DNA from: a virus
Length of the DNA: 64,000 nucleotides
Direction: 5' to 3' (one strand)
IMG/VR virus record: IMGVR_UViG_3300008267_012518
Below are positions 42,391 to 52,376 of the stretch, in pieces. Every line of letters begins with the position of its first letter. Position 1 is the stretch's first letter. The notes under the pieces were generated by a model. It searched no databases. It was not told where the DNA came from and worked only from the letters and a program-made list of their open reading frames with translations. A program made the translations under genes and the position numbers.

Positions 42391-45285
42391 ATGGCAGAAA
42401 TGGAATCATCATCGAACACATCAAATCAACCAACTGAGAGTTTGATAAGTACATTCAAAGCTTCTCCAGGTGGACCAGGACAAGGAGCTCAAGGTTCACC
42501 CGATTGGGTTTTGGGTGAAGAAGATCTGCTAGACTCAGACCTGAATAATTTCAGTAGACCACACTTTTATAATTATGGTGTATTTGGTTCATATAAAATA
42601 TTTCTATGTAATAACTTTGGGTCCAAAGATATATTTACCAATTTTCAGAAAGGATATAAGATAGACATAACTTTAACCGCTAGGGAGTTCTTTAATGGGG
42701 TTTCAAACACATCTTATGGGGGATTCATCGACGTTGAATTCAATATGGGACATCTACCCCCTATCATTAAAAAGTTAAAGGTAACCGGATATGATAAATT
42801 TGTCAAATTTACATTTTTTCATCAACCGACAGATTTTGACCTAAGAAAAACCAATGGTAAAAATTTTTGGATCAGGAAGCTCACTCCTGGTAAACTGAAG
42901 ATAATAGATTCTAGAGTTGAATTGACTGTTGTGTCATATGATAATATTTTAAATAATACATTATATAATAGTTATGATACAAATTATGGATATTTCACAA
43001 TACCATTTTATAGTGACAGTAGAGAAATAATTACCAATTTGGGAAATAAAATAGGTGGTGAAACCTCTATAAAATTTGGAAATGGTCAATTTAAACAGGG
43101 TATTTGGAAAACTGGAGTTTGGAACGATGGGTGGAGGGCTCCTTGGGGTATCGAAGATATATTTTATTTTGAAAAAATAAATAGTAATACTTTTCAACTA
43201 TCACCAAATATGTGGATGTTGAAGCTCGATTGCAATACGAATATAGAAAATGTAATTAACATTAGTGACAATTTAAAAGTTAATGACTTTATTTCTATGG
43301 GTAATGTTGTTGGTATAGATATAAATGAGGAGAGGTATCTATTGAAAGATTATTATAGAATTTCTTCAATTGAAACTTCTGGTGCTGTTATCACTCTCAC
43401 AGTCGAGATACCCATCGCTAAATTTCCCCTTCGAAGATTTGAAATTGATTCCAACTCACATTTGATATATGTTACAAAAAATATTTGGTTAGGTGGAACG
43501 TTTTTGAACGGATTATTCAGAGGTGTTTGGAATTATGGTTTATTTAAGGGGTTTCCTTTTACTACTGTAATGAAAGATTCACATTTTGTTGACGGTATAT
43601 TCGATGGTGGTCGATTCATATCATCTGTTGGTAGTATAACATCAAGTACCTCGGACGTGAAGACATACCAAACTGGACTAGTACAATTTTTTGAATTTTA
43701 TGACAATAATATTTCGGAAACAGAGGGTTTCAGTGATTACATAGACAACACCTACCAATCTTGGATCGATGTAAACTATTCGACACAATCATTTGTAAAT
43801 TTGAATAGTTTGACTAGTATCTATGATGACAACTTTGGTAAAAAGGTACCGATACCAAATTTATATGGATATCCAACAAATGATATTTTATCGAGTTACT
43901 CGAAATTCAAAAATACAAATGATACGGATGTTGATTTTTATAACCTCGGAACAAAGTATAAAGTGTTTACAGATTACTTAGGTGATAATGGATATTTTAG
44001 AAAAGCTTTCAATAGTGAGGGCAGACCAGGAATTGATGAATTTAGAGGTGCTGGGTGGACTGCAAACACTGGTAATTTTTATGGTACACCTACTGTGAGT
44101 TTCATATACAATTCAAATCTTACAAGAAGAAATGTAAATAGGTTTTCCATAATTCTAGCAACGTTTGGATATAATGTACTTAATAATGATAATATCAGAG
44201 CTGAGGACAAAAAATATTCTATAGTAGAATATGATATGGAATACTTTCAAAGGGGATGGAATGAAGATGCACAGCAGTTCACAAATACCTTCTCAAAACC
44301 TCTCAATCTTTTGGGTAGTAATTATCCATCTACTACGAACATTTTCAAGAGTGGTCTTCTCAAAACCGAATACTTCTTCAATAAAAATGCGCTGGATTTG
44401 ATTCTCAGATATAATTCTGAATTTATTCCACCTTCTGATAGTATTGCAATGTACGGATTCAATTATACACATTCTTTAAGCTCACCAACAGGTGAAGTAA
44501 GTGGTAGTTATTCCACAACCTACTCTTTCTTGATGCCACAGACGGCTGATGCATTCATAGGAACCGATGTTGTACCAGAGTTTTTCCTAGAAGATGTTCT
44601 CGCTGGTAATGTGACGTATAATAAGTATGATATTGTAAGAAGAGCTACAGGAGATGCATTTGGTCCATATTTTATTTCACTAGTTGATAATAATCAATCT
44701 CCGTTAGCTGACACCACTGCTTGGGCTAAGACAGTAGTTGGATTTAACAATCCAGTCAAGGAAAATACAATTTTCGAACAATCTGAAGTATTTGATTACT
44801 TCACATCGGTCAGAATTAATTATTTTAAGTTTCTCGAAGTTGACTCGATTCCATTTTTCAAGTATTGGGATTATGAAATAAACTTTTCATCCACGTTCAA
44901 AGATGGTAATAGTAATAAATTGTCACTCGAATTCGCTAAACCACATGGATTGAAAACTGGTGACTTCATAAGTATAAAACTAGATGAGACTAAATTCAAT
45001 CCAGATTATGAACAAAGTAATATAAGAGTTGGTCTTGTCCAAGATGGTCCTGTTCGAATTAGGGGTCGAGCTGGGGATGTTGCTTACACTGTGAAACTAG
45101 ACTTTCCTTATGGGAACACTGTTTCCTATTTGTCTGAGTCAGGTACGGTGACGAAAGATGGAAATAGAATCGATAAAAGAATACAAACAAATTATTACGC
45201 TAGTGCTCCGAAAGTGGACGGACTAGATGAGAATTTCATTTATTTAGGAAATAATCAGATATTTGTAGATAGAGACGCTTTTTGA
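42391..45285 (+). CDS. Large putative virion protein sharing the aromatic-Gly repeats
   Basis: ATG 1 nt after upstream stop; GQFKQGIWKTGVWNDGW, WLGGTFLNGLFRGVWNYGLFKG. Confidence 0.6.
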   Translation: MAEMESSSNTSNQPTESLISTFKASPGGPGQGAQGSPDWVLGEEDLLDSDLNNFSRPHFYNYGVFGSYKIFLCNNFGSKDIFTNFQKGYKIDITLTAREFFNGVSNTSYGGFIDVEFNMGHLPPIIKKLKVTGYDKFVKFTFFHQPTDFDLRKTNGKNFWIRKLTPGKLKIIDSRVELTVVSYDNILNNTLYNSYDTNYGYFTIPFYSDSREIITNLGNKIGGETSIKFGNGQFKQGIWKTGVWNDGWRAPWGIEDIFYFEKINSNTFQLSPNMWMLKLDCNTNIENVINISDNLKVNDFISMGNVVGIDINEERYLLKDYYRISSIETSGAVITLTVEIPIAKFPLRRFEIDSNSHLIYVTKNIWLGGTFLNGLFRGVWNYGLFKGFPFTTVMKDSHFVDGIFDGGRFISSVGSITSSTSDVKTYQTGLVQFFEFYDNNISETEGFSDYIDNTYQSWIDVNYSTQSFVNLNSLTSIYDDNFGKKVPIPNLYGYPTNDILSSYSKFKNTNDTDVDFYNLGTKYKVFTDYLGDNGYFRKAFNSEGRPGIDEFRGAGWTANTGNFYGTPTVSFIYNSNLTRRNVNRFSIILATFGYNVLNNDNIRAEDKKYSIVEYDMEYFQRGWNEDAQQFTNTFSKPLNLLGSNYPSTTNIFKSGLLKTEYFFNKNALDLILRYNSEFIPPSDSIAMYGFNYTHSLSSPTGEVSGSYSTTYSFLMPQTADAFIGTDVVPEFFLEDVLAGNVTYNKYDIVRRATGDAFGPYFISLVDNNQSPLADTTAWAKTVVGFNNPVKENTIFEQSEVFDYFTSVRINYFKFLEVDSIPFFKYWDYEINFSSTFKDGNSNKLSLEFAKPHGLKTGDFISIKLDETKFNPDYEQSNIRVGLVQDGPVRIRGRAGDVAYTVKLDFPYGNTVSYLSESGTVTKDGNRIDKRIQTNYYASAPKVDGLDENFIYLGNNQIFVDRDAF

Positions 45286-45286
45286 T

Positions 45287-46006
45287 TTATTTTTTTACTA
45301 ACCACAAGTGACCAACCATTCCCATTTGGAATTTGTCAAAGTGTCCCATGGATTCAACTTTGTGGGATTTCTCATTTTTTGGAAATTTGATACCGGTTAA
45401 TTTTTGTTTTCCGTAAATTCTTTTATCTCCATTACAGGTTTTACAAGGTGACCATCCAACCTGACCCTCTCCGTTACAGATCGTACAAGTTTTTCCAAAT
45501 GGGTCTTTACCACTACCCTCACAAAAATCACATCCATCAGAACCATCAAATAGTTTCAATATATTTCCGAATTCATCTTTGATTTCTATTTTTGATTTTG
45601 TGTCCTTACCATTCCCCTTACAATCTTTACAGACAACCCATCTATCATATTCTATACTTCCATCAAAGCGATCATCGATTTTCAACAAAATATTCAAATC
45701 ATTCTGATTCCATTGGCTTTCGAATTTCTCATTGTCGTAAGCAACATTTAGATTTTCATACTCATTACTCAATAGTTCTTTAGTTTCGTCATATGAGTTT
45801 CCAAACCTACTTCTGACATCATATTGTTTTCTAGTTTCATCAACTAATACATCATACGATTCGGTAATTTCGGCAAATAATATGGGGTCACCTCCTTTAT
45901 CCGGATGGTGTGTGAATGAAAGCTTGTAATAGGCTTTCTTAATTTCTTTTTCTGATGATGTATTTGGAACACCTAAAATTCCGTAATAATTCTTATTGAA
46001 GTTCAT
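45287..46006 (-). CDS. dnaJ: DnaJ-like co-chaperone (J domain plus zinc finger, short C-terminus)
   Basis: NYYGILGV, HHPDKGGD; CKDCKGNG, CDFCEGSG, CTICNGEG, CKTCNGDK. Confidence 0.9.
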   Translation of the reverse strand: MNFNKNYYGILGVPNTSSEKEIKKAYYKLSFTHHPDKGGDPILFAEITESYDVLVDETRKQYDVRSRFGNSYDETKELLSNEYENLNVAYDNEKFESQWNQNDLNILLKIDDRFDGSIEYDRWVVCKDCKGNGKDTKSKIEIKDEFGNILKLFDGSDGCDFCEGSGKDPFGKTCTICNGEGQVGWSPCKTCNGDKRIYGKQKLTGIKFPKNEKSHKVESMGHFDKFQMGMVGHLWLVKK

Positions 46007-46187
46007 CTAGTTTACTTTGTCGCCACTTAGCTTTTTTAATTTCATTTCTCCTTTCAACAGATGGTTTTGTGAACTCCTTTCTGCGTCTCAGTTCCTTAGT
46101 AATTCCAATTTTATCAAACTTACGTTTGAACTTTTTCAAAGCTTTTTCAAGTCCATCTTTACCGCCTTGTACTTCAATTATAATCAT
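45993..46187 (-). CDS. rpsU: Ribosomal protein bS21
   Basis: LEKALKKFKRKFDKIG...LRRRKEFTKPSVERR. Confidence 0.92.
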   Translation of the reverse strand: MIIIEVQGGKDGLEKALKKFKRKFDKIGITKELRRRKEFTKPSVERRNEIKKAKWRQSKLDELQ

Positions 46188-46504
46188 TTGTCTTCAATTA
46201 ATTTTTTTAGTTTCAAGTCTCTGATAAAACCTTTCTTTTCTTCTTTGGTCATTTCAGTAAACCTTTTATAATCCATATCAATTCCCATAAATTGATAGAA
46301 TATATCTATATATTCGATAATATCTGAATTCATAAAAACCCCATCACTCCAAGATATCGTATTATTCCCAGTAGTGAGGGTGGTTCCGCTAGTTACTGAT
46401 GGATAAACATATCCTCCACTACCTGTAGTTGTCCCCCAATAATGTCCAATATTACTATTCAGTGAAACTGCGGGTAAGGTTGTTTTTAATTTTTTGATAG
46501 CCAC
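46184..46504 (-). CDS. Hypothetical protein with C-terminal RDxK helix
   Basis: Thr/Gly-rich N-half; ends IRDLKLKKLIEDK. Confidence 0.65.
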   Translation of the reverse strand: MAIKKLKTTLPAVSLNSNIGHYWGTTTGSGGYVYPSVTSGTTLTTGNNTISWSDGVFMNSDIIEYIDIFYQFMGIDMDYKRFTEMTKEEKKGFIRDLKLKKLIEDK

Positions 46505-46513
46505 ATAATTACA

Positions 46514-46765
46514 TTATTTTTTATCATGACAATACTCATGTTCACAAGATTTGTGTCTACATTTATATCCAGCCCAAATTGTTGGAACTAAACAACAAAT
46601 GATGTGGTATTTGAATCCATAGAGTATCATGAGACCAAACCAACCCCAAGTCATCATTTTGAAATCAAACCAAAAATATTGATTAAGAATGTATTCTAAA
46701 ATTTCTGTCAGTATAAAACTGATTACAAATATCAGTATAAATTTTAGAATTATTTTTGATTTCAT
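46514..46765 (-). CDS. Small two-TM membrane protein (holin candidate)
   Basis: Two hydrophobic stretches, Cys/His-rich charged tail KCRHKSCEHEYCHDKK; near endolysin. Confidence 0.5.
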   Translation of the reverse strand: MKSKIILKFILIFVISFILTEILEYILNQYFWFDFKMMTWGWFGLMILYGFKYHIICCLVPTIWAGYKCRHKSCEHEYCHDKK

Positions 46766-46794
46766 AATCTTTATATCGAATAAAGGATTATAGT

Positions 46795-47352
46795 TTAAAT
46801 CTTATCAATACAAGCCTTAACAGCCTCTGGTGTTAATCCCATAATCCCATACTCAGAATGAAATGCACCTTCCTCAATTAACATCATAAAATCTTGACTA
46901 GACCATTCATCAGTAACACCGCTATCAGTAAAAGTTATCTTATACCTGTCCTCTAACTCATAATCAAACCCACGACGCAGATGTGTAAATTGTTGGAAAA
47001 CATGAGTATATTTATATTCAATACTTATGGGTATCTGATCTATCTCTAACTCGTCAATCTCTGGACCTTCTCCTAAATCATCCATCTTAGAAACCCAAAA
47101 GGTAGGAAAATCACAATGCCAAATTTTTCCCTTTCTATTAATTTGGTTGATAAAATTATTTATATTGATCAAATTATCCTCCGAAAACTTATTGTAATCC
47201 TTGAAGTTTATATCTTTTATTTCAACAAAAATGTCGTGTTCATTTTTATATTCTTCGATTGTATCGAAGATTTTATCCATCCTTATTTGTAATAATCTAT
47301 CATACTCCTGTGATGAAGAGTACTCATTGATAGTAGTATAAATTCTTTTCAT
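46795..47352 (-). CDS. Hypothetical acidic protein (possible internal head protein)
   Basis: Starts MKRIYTTINEY; TAATATATA upstream. Confidence 0.6.
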   Translation of the reverse strand: MKRIYTTINEYSSSQEYDRLLQIRMDKIFDTIEEYKNEHDIFVEIKDINFKDYNKFSEDNLININNFINQINRKGKIWHCDFPTFWVSKMDDLGEGPEIDELEIDQIPISIEYKYTHVFQQFTHLRRGFDYELEDRYKITFTDSGVTDEWSSQDFMMLIEEGAFHSEYGIMGLTPEAVKACIDKI

Positions 47353-47371
47353 TCGTGATATATATTAATAA

Positions 47372-47827
47372 TTAACTGAAATATAAATCAGCCTCAGCAT
47401 TTCTTCTTGTTACCAAACCCTTTAACACTCTACCACCGGCTTTAGTCCATTTACAAAATTCATTTCTTATGGTTGGATCGTTCGGATTAGCGTTAACCTT
47501 TTTCAATAAGGTAGAATTTTTTAGATTATATGGTCCTAAGTTGAAAGCAAATGATACCAAAGCATCAAATTGATTTTGATTGATATCATCACGACAATAA
47601 GTATCAACGTGCTTCTCAAATGTTTTCAATGTGTGTAGAAGTAGTTCTGTAGCTCTCTCTTCTGTTATAGGTTTATCTATCATCTGAACTTTTTTACCAT
47701 CCTCATAAAAAGTGTTTCCATATCCTATTGTGGGGACTGCAGCAGGGCATAAGTATGGTTTTAATTTTAGACCTTCAAATCGTTTGATTAGATCAAGACC
47801 CTTCTGGCTTACTTTTGTGATTTTCAT
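47372..47827 (-). CDS. GH24 lysozyme / endolysin
   Basis: IKRFEGLKLKPYLCPAAVPTIGYG (E-x8-C-x5-T), ALVSFAFNLG, GLVTRRNAE. Confidence 0.93.
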   Translation of the reverse strand: MKITKVSQKGLDLIKRFEGLKLKPYLCPAAVPTIGYGNTFYEDGKKVQMIDKPITEERATELLLHTLKTFEKHVDTYCRDDINQNQFDALVSFAFNLGPYNLKNSTLLKKVNANPNDPTIRNEFCKWTKAGGRVLKGLVTRRNAEADLYFS

Positions 47828-47871
47828 AGTATCAATTATTTTATAAGTATTTATTATTAATATATATCATT

Positions 47872-48411
47872 ATGAAAAAGTTAATGACTTTCGAACTGTA
47901 TAAATCAACTTATATGTCAGCAGCCAGTGAGTTGGAGAAGGGACATAAAAAAAGAGCTGAGCAACTCAGACAACATGCCGCTGAAAAAGGTATAAGCGCA
48001 TTTATGGGCAAAGAAGGATTTGATAGAATATATCACCACCCATTTGTTTTTGAAAACTATGGAGGTCTTGAAAACATGGAAAGGGCAAAGGGTAAGTTTT
48101 TTATTACAGATTTCAGATATCTTGGTACTGGTAGTTATCAAAGAGGTTATAATGGCGTTAATGTTATTATGAAATCTGACTACGGTAATACAATTACACT
48201 TGAACTTGTTGTTGGTCCAAATAATTTTGTAAGATTGGATTTAGAATTTGAAGGTGGATATACAAATAGAAATTTCCTTTTCAATAATAGAAAAGATGCA
48301 ATTGAATTTAGAAAGTTTGTATTGGAAATTGTAGAAGATGAAATTACAAATGGTGAATTGTATTTCAATTTGGATACATTACCAATTAACAAACTTTACA
48401 CAACAGAGTAA
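47872..48411 (+). CDS. Hypothetical protein (possible internal head protein)
   Basis: Starts MKKLMTFELY; TAATATATA 5 nt before ATG. Confidence 0.6.
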   Translation: MKKLMTFELYKSTYMSAASELEKGHKKRAEQLRQHAAEKGISAFMGKEGFDRIYHHPFVFENYGGLENMERAKGKFFITDFRYLGTGSYQRGYNGVNVIMKSDYGNTITLELVVGPNNFVRLDLEFEGGYTNRNFLFNNRKDAIEFRKFVLEIVEDEITNGELYFNLDTLPINKLYTTE

Positions 48412-50156
48412 TGTCCAACTCGGACCGATTTAGTGTCGACACTATCGTCCATCGATACTTCATTAATACTTGTAAATACATCCTTATTGATCGATAATAT
48501 CCTATCAAAGATTTCTTGATTTAATATTGCGTGGTGTACTACAAAAATGTTAATCTTATAATCATTTGCGAATGATTTCAAAAGATTTAGAATTGATTCA
48601 CAGGATTCGATGTCCATACTTGAAAATACTTCATCCAAAAAAAGAATGTTGATGTGTTTTTTTGTTCTTATGAGTTTCAGATAAGCAATTAGTATACATA
48701 GATTGACTTTTTTAGTTTCACCAGTACTCAAACTATCGTGGTCAATTGTGTTACCAAATTGTTTAATTTCAGCAGTGAATGTTTCATCCAACTTAACTTG
48801 AAATGGTAATAACATCTTTTTGATATTCTCTTGAATGAAGTGGTTTATTGGTTTAATTATACCAGCAATGATTGATTTCTTCACACCATCCTCACCGAAT
48901 ATTTTGGATAACTCCTTATAATACAATTCCTTTTCTTTACAAACAGTTTGGTTGTCAACGCTTGATGATTTCTTTTCTTCTAACTCTGATATAGCTTGTT
49001 CAAACTCTTGAATGTTTACATTTGATTTACCAGTATCATTATCTTTCTGTTGTTGTAACTTGTCTATTTGTGATTTGTAATTTCTAAGAAGATACGTAAT
49101 ATCATCAAAAGATTTTTTAGTTTTATCAGATATTGTTTGAAGTTTTGACTGTTTTTCTCTTATCGACTTGATATTTGTTTCCAAAACCAATTTGATATCA
49201 TCCAGAGACTTCTTTTTATCAATCAATGATTGTTTCAGACCAATAAAATGGTCATTAAGAAAATCAGTTCCACAAGTTGGACATTTACCGGATTCGTATA
49301 AATCAATGTCCTTCTGAGCTGATTTGATATCATGTCCAATTTTAATATATTGTTCTTTCTCCGTTTCAAGTTCTGATTTGAGTTCATCATCTTTTTGTTT
49401 AATCTTATCGACTTTTTCTTTTAACTGTTGATACTCACCTTTTCTTGATTCCATATCATTTTTGATTTCATCAATTTCGGATTGTATATTTAACTTTTCC
49501 TTTTCGATGGCTTTTTCAATAGATTGTTTTATTCTTTCTATTGAAGAATTGAGTGTTGATATTTCTGAATCAAATTTAGCATTTTGTAATTTATTTGTTT
49601 TAACCAAATCCTTCAAAATGCCATTCAATAAGTTGATGACTTCAAGATTGAATAACTTATCAAGTAAAAGTTGTTTTTCTTCATTTGATAGACTAATAAA
49701 ATTTTTGAAATCATTGATTGACATTGATATGAATGATTTGAATGTCTCAATATCCATACCAATATAGTTTTCGATCTTTTCATCTATATTAGCTTTTCCA
49801 GCTCTATCATTTTCCAAACCATTTTCAATCAATTTCAAAACACTTGGACCAATACCTCTGATTACTTCTACTTCAGTACCATTAGATAAAAATTTAATTC
49901 TATTTTGAAGTTCACCATTAATTCTATTTGGTAGGGTTCCAAGTGTAGCCCACTTTTTCTTTTTCATAGATTTGACCTTTCCATAGAGAACATATTCAAA
50001 ACTTTCAATGAAACTACTTTTACCGTTACCATTCGATCCAGTCAAAAGAATTAACTCTCCTTTATCAGAGTTTAGTTTTAACGTTTGTTCGTTGTTTCCA
50101 AAACTTTTAAATCCACGGATCCCAATTTCTGATATTATCATATTAAGTATACTCAA
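48396..50156 (-). CDS. Rad50/SbcC/T4 gp46-like ATPase
   Basis: GFKSFG, GSNGNGKSS, coiled coil with CPTCG hook, LSTGE signature, FLDEVFS. Confidence 0.93.
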   Translation of the reverse strand: MSILNMIISEIGIRGFKSFGNNEQTLKLNSDKGELILLTGSNGNGKSSFIESFEYVLYGKVKSMKKKKWATLGTLPNRINGELQNRIKFLSNGTEVEVIRGIGPSVLKLIENGLENDRAGKANIDEKIENYIGMDIETFKSFISMSINDFKNFISLSNEEKQLLLDKLFNLEVINLLNGILKDLVKTNKLQNAKFDSEISTLNSSIERIKQSIEKAIEKEKLNIQSEIDEIKNDMESRKGEYQQLKEKVDKIKQKDDELKSELETEKEQYIKIGHDIKSAQKDIDLYESGKCPTCGTDFLNDHFIGLKQSLIDKKKSLDDIKLVLETNIKSIREKQSKLQTISDKTKKSFDDITYLLRNYKSQIDKLQQQKDNDTGKSNVNIQEFEQAISELEEKKSSSVDNQTVCKEKELYYKELSKIFGEDGVKKSIIAGIIKPINHFIQENIKKMLLPFQVKLDETFTAEIKQFGNTIDHDSLSTGETKKVNLCILIAYLKLIRTKKHINILFLDEVFSSMDIESCESILNLLKSFANDYKINIFVVHHAILNQEIFDRILSINKDVFTSINEVSMDDSVDTKSVRVGHYSVV

Positions 50157-50217
50157 AATTAATCAAATGTTTGGGGGGATAAGTCTAATTGATATATAAG
50201 AAAATCCTTAAAATTTT

Positions 50218-50907
50218 GTGAATTTCGTTGGTTTAGACCCTTCTCTGATTTCTACTGGTTTAGTTGTTAATGGTAAGTTATTTAACTATTGTAGAGAAAA
50301 AGATGCTATGAATAAAAGTGGATATAGTAAGTGGTTCAAATATTGTGAAGATAAAGTTACGTTTAGATTTATTGATTATAGACAAACAGAAAGTTACTCA
50401 GAAGGTGAATTAATCAAATTGAAAGACTATGATAAAATCACCGACCAGATTATCAAAGATATAGAGGAGAACATTGATAAATCAAAACCCACCAAGGTTG
50501 GTATTGAAGGATATTCATATTCTTCCGATGCGGGTGCTATTATTGACTTAGTAACTTTTTCTACCCTATTGAGAAAAAAACTTTATGATTACATTTCCAA
50601 AGATATTACTGTCTTCTCTCCATCAACTCTGAAACTTGAGTCTTGTAAATTGACTTATCCACCAATTAATGAGGGTAAGAAAAAAGAAAAATGGGTTTAC
50701 AAAAATGCATATGGTATTAGTGGTGGTAACTTGACTAAACACGGTATGTTTATGTGTATAGTCGATAATAATGAAATCAAAGATGATTGGTTGAACTTGT
50801 GTAGAACATTAAAAGATGATATAATGAATGCTAGTAAAGTCCCCAAGCCTTTTGAAGATCTTAACGATTCATTTTTATTGTACCATATTTTAAAGAAAAA
50901 TTTGTAA
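50218..50907 (+). CDS. RuvC-like Holliday junction resolvase/nuclease
   Basis: VGLDPSLISTG, VGIEGYSY, DLNDS (RNase H-fold acidic residues). Confidence 0.75.
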   Translation: MNFVGLDPSLISTGLVVNGKLFNYCREKDAMNKSGYSKWFKYCEDKVTFRFIDYRQTESYSEGELIKLKDYDKITDQIIKDIEENIDKSKPTKVGIEGYSYSSDAGAIIDLVTFSTLLRKKLYDYISKDITVFSPSTLKLESCKLTYPPINEGKKKEKWVYKNAYGISGGNLTKHGMFMCIVDNNEIKDDWLNLCRTLKDDIMNASKVPKPFEDLNDSFLLYHILKKNL

Positions 50908-50924
50908 AGTCACCTAAACTTTCA

Positions 50925-50932
50925 TATCTTTG
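50925..50932 (+). promoter_or_regulatory. Bacteroidota-type -7 element
   Basis: TATCTTTG-TATT-ATG. Confidence 0.7.
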
Positions 50933-50936
50933 TATT

Positions 50937-51341
50937 ATGAAAGTAGGACAGATATCACACAACGTAGCCCCCGATTATATTCTTGGTGGAAAGGCTTTTG
51001 TAACCTTTCAAAACTCACAGACTGGTAATCGTTTCACCTACAAAGTGGTAAAACACAAAGTTGACGATATTTATTTTGTTCACGTATTGACTAACCCAGA
51101 TGTGTATATGTTTTTGGGTACCATTATCAATTATGGTTTCAGGCACTCTAAAAAATCAAAAATTGATCGTGATGCTAGGTCGGTTATAGTTTTTGATTAT
51201 GTATTCCACCATTTAGGTATGGGAACACTCAACACATCTATTGAAATTTTTCACGATGGTCGGTGTGGAAAGTGTGGTCGTCAGCTAACAGATCCAATTT
51301 CAGTAGAAACCGGCCTTGGACCTTATTGTAGAAAAAAATAA
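50937..51341 (+). CDS. DUF6011-like zinc-ribbon protein
   Basis: TGNRFTYKV; CGKCGRQLTDPISVETGLGPYC. Confidence 0.75.
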   Translation: MKVGQISHNVAPDYILGGKAFVTFQNSQTGNRFTYKVVKHKVDDIYFVHVLTNPDVYMFLGTIINYGFRHSKKSKIDRDARSVIVFDYVFHHLGMGTLNTSIEIFHDGRCGKCGRQLTDPISVETGLGPYCRKK

Positions 51342-51342
51342 T

Positions 51343-52107
51343 ATGTATAATAAAATTTATGATTTTTGTAAAGTAAGAAATTACGGCAACATTTATAAAA
51401 ATGATACTAACCAACCTCCACCCAGAGTTGAGTTTCTTTTGAATCTTCTCGAAGAAGAGGGTGTTGATTATGAACTTGACAGATTTGATTCAAACAATGG
51501 GTGGTCTGGTAAAGATTGTATTGGATATAATATCATTTTAAAGGGCAATTCCTCAAAAATGGTGGTTGCTCATCATGATGTAAATAATCATAAAATTGAC
51601 AATGCGAATGATAACTCAGCATCTGTCATAAACGCCATAATGGTAAAGAAACTAAAACCACAAATCAATGTAGTTTTACTTGATGGTGAGGAAGTTGGTG
51701 GCATTGGATCGAAAAGAGTTTCTGAACAAATAAATAGGGGACAGTTTGGACAGATAGATTGGGTTCTAAACTTGGAACTCACAGGCCGTGGGGGAAAGTA
51801 TTTCTTTATTGGGGATTACCCAGGTAAACTCACAGACCATATCAAATCAATCTTTGATTGTCCTGTCTATCAAACACCATATAATGATTCAGTAACATTT
51901 AGAGTTCATGGTATTGATTCTGTTGTTATCAATCCCATCCCTCCATTGAATGAGGGTAGAACATCGACTGTGAAATGGGACGAGAATACATATCTAGATA
52001 ATAGTATGTTGAGAAACTGTCATTCTGAAAGAGATTCTATTGACACAATTGATGTAGATGATATGAAGGAATTCGTTGAGGGGGTTGTACTCAGGATATT
52101 AGAATAA
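51343..52107 (+). CDS. M28-family peptidase
   Basis: AHHD, ANDNSASV, DGEEVG, NLELTG, HSERD; ATG 1 nt after upstream stop. Confidence 0.8.
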   Translation: MYNKIYDFCKVRNYGNIYKNDTNQPPPRVEFLLNLLEEEGVDYELDRFDSNNGWSGKDCIGYNIILKGNSSKMVVAHHDVNNHKIDNANDNSASVINAIMVKKLKPQINVVLLDGEEVGGIGSKRVSEQINRGQFGQIDWVLNLELTGRGGKYFFIGDYPGKLTDHIKSIFDCPVYQTPYNDSVTFRVHGIDSVVINPIPPLNEGRTSTVKWDENTYLDNSMLRNCHSERDSIDTIDVDDMKEFVEGVVLRILE

Positions 52108-52362
52108 CTTCTGTTCAAAACAATCAGTGTCTTTCCAGTAATTCCAAATAGTATCACCAATAGTATCTGTGATTATTATTGGTGATGGATTATCAATTAT
52201 AGGATTTTCTCCACAAGAGACAATTTTGATCTTACTTTTCAAAGGATATCCGGGTATATCCTTATTAGTTGTTATCTCTATCTTTTGATAACAATCATAA
52301 CATTTTTCCTTTTTACAGGCAATACATACCCACAAAACAAATAACACCATAAGAACCCTCAT
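52099..52362 (-). CDS. Putative lipoprotein
   Basis: MRVLMVLFVLWVCIA-C-KKEK lipobox-like; extra Cys residues. Confidence 0.55.
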   Translation of the reverse strand: MRVLMVLFVLWVCIACKKEKCYDCYQKIEITTNKDIPGYPLKSKIKIVSCGENPIIDNPSPIIITDTIGDTIWNYWKDTDCFEQKLF

Positions 52363-52376
52363 GGTGTTATATATTT

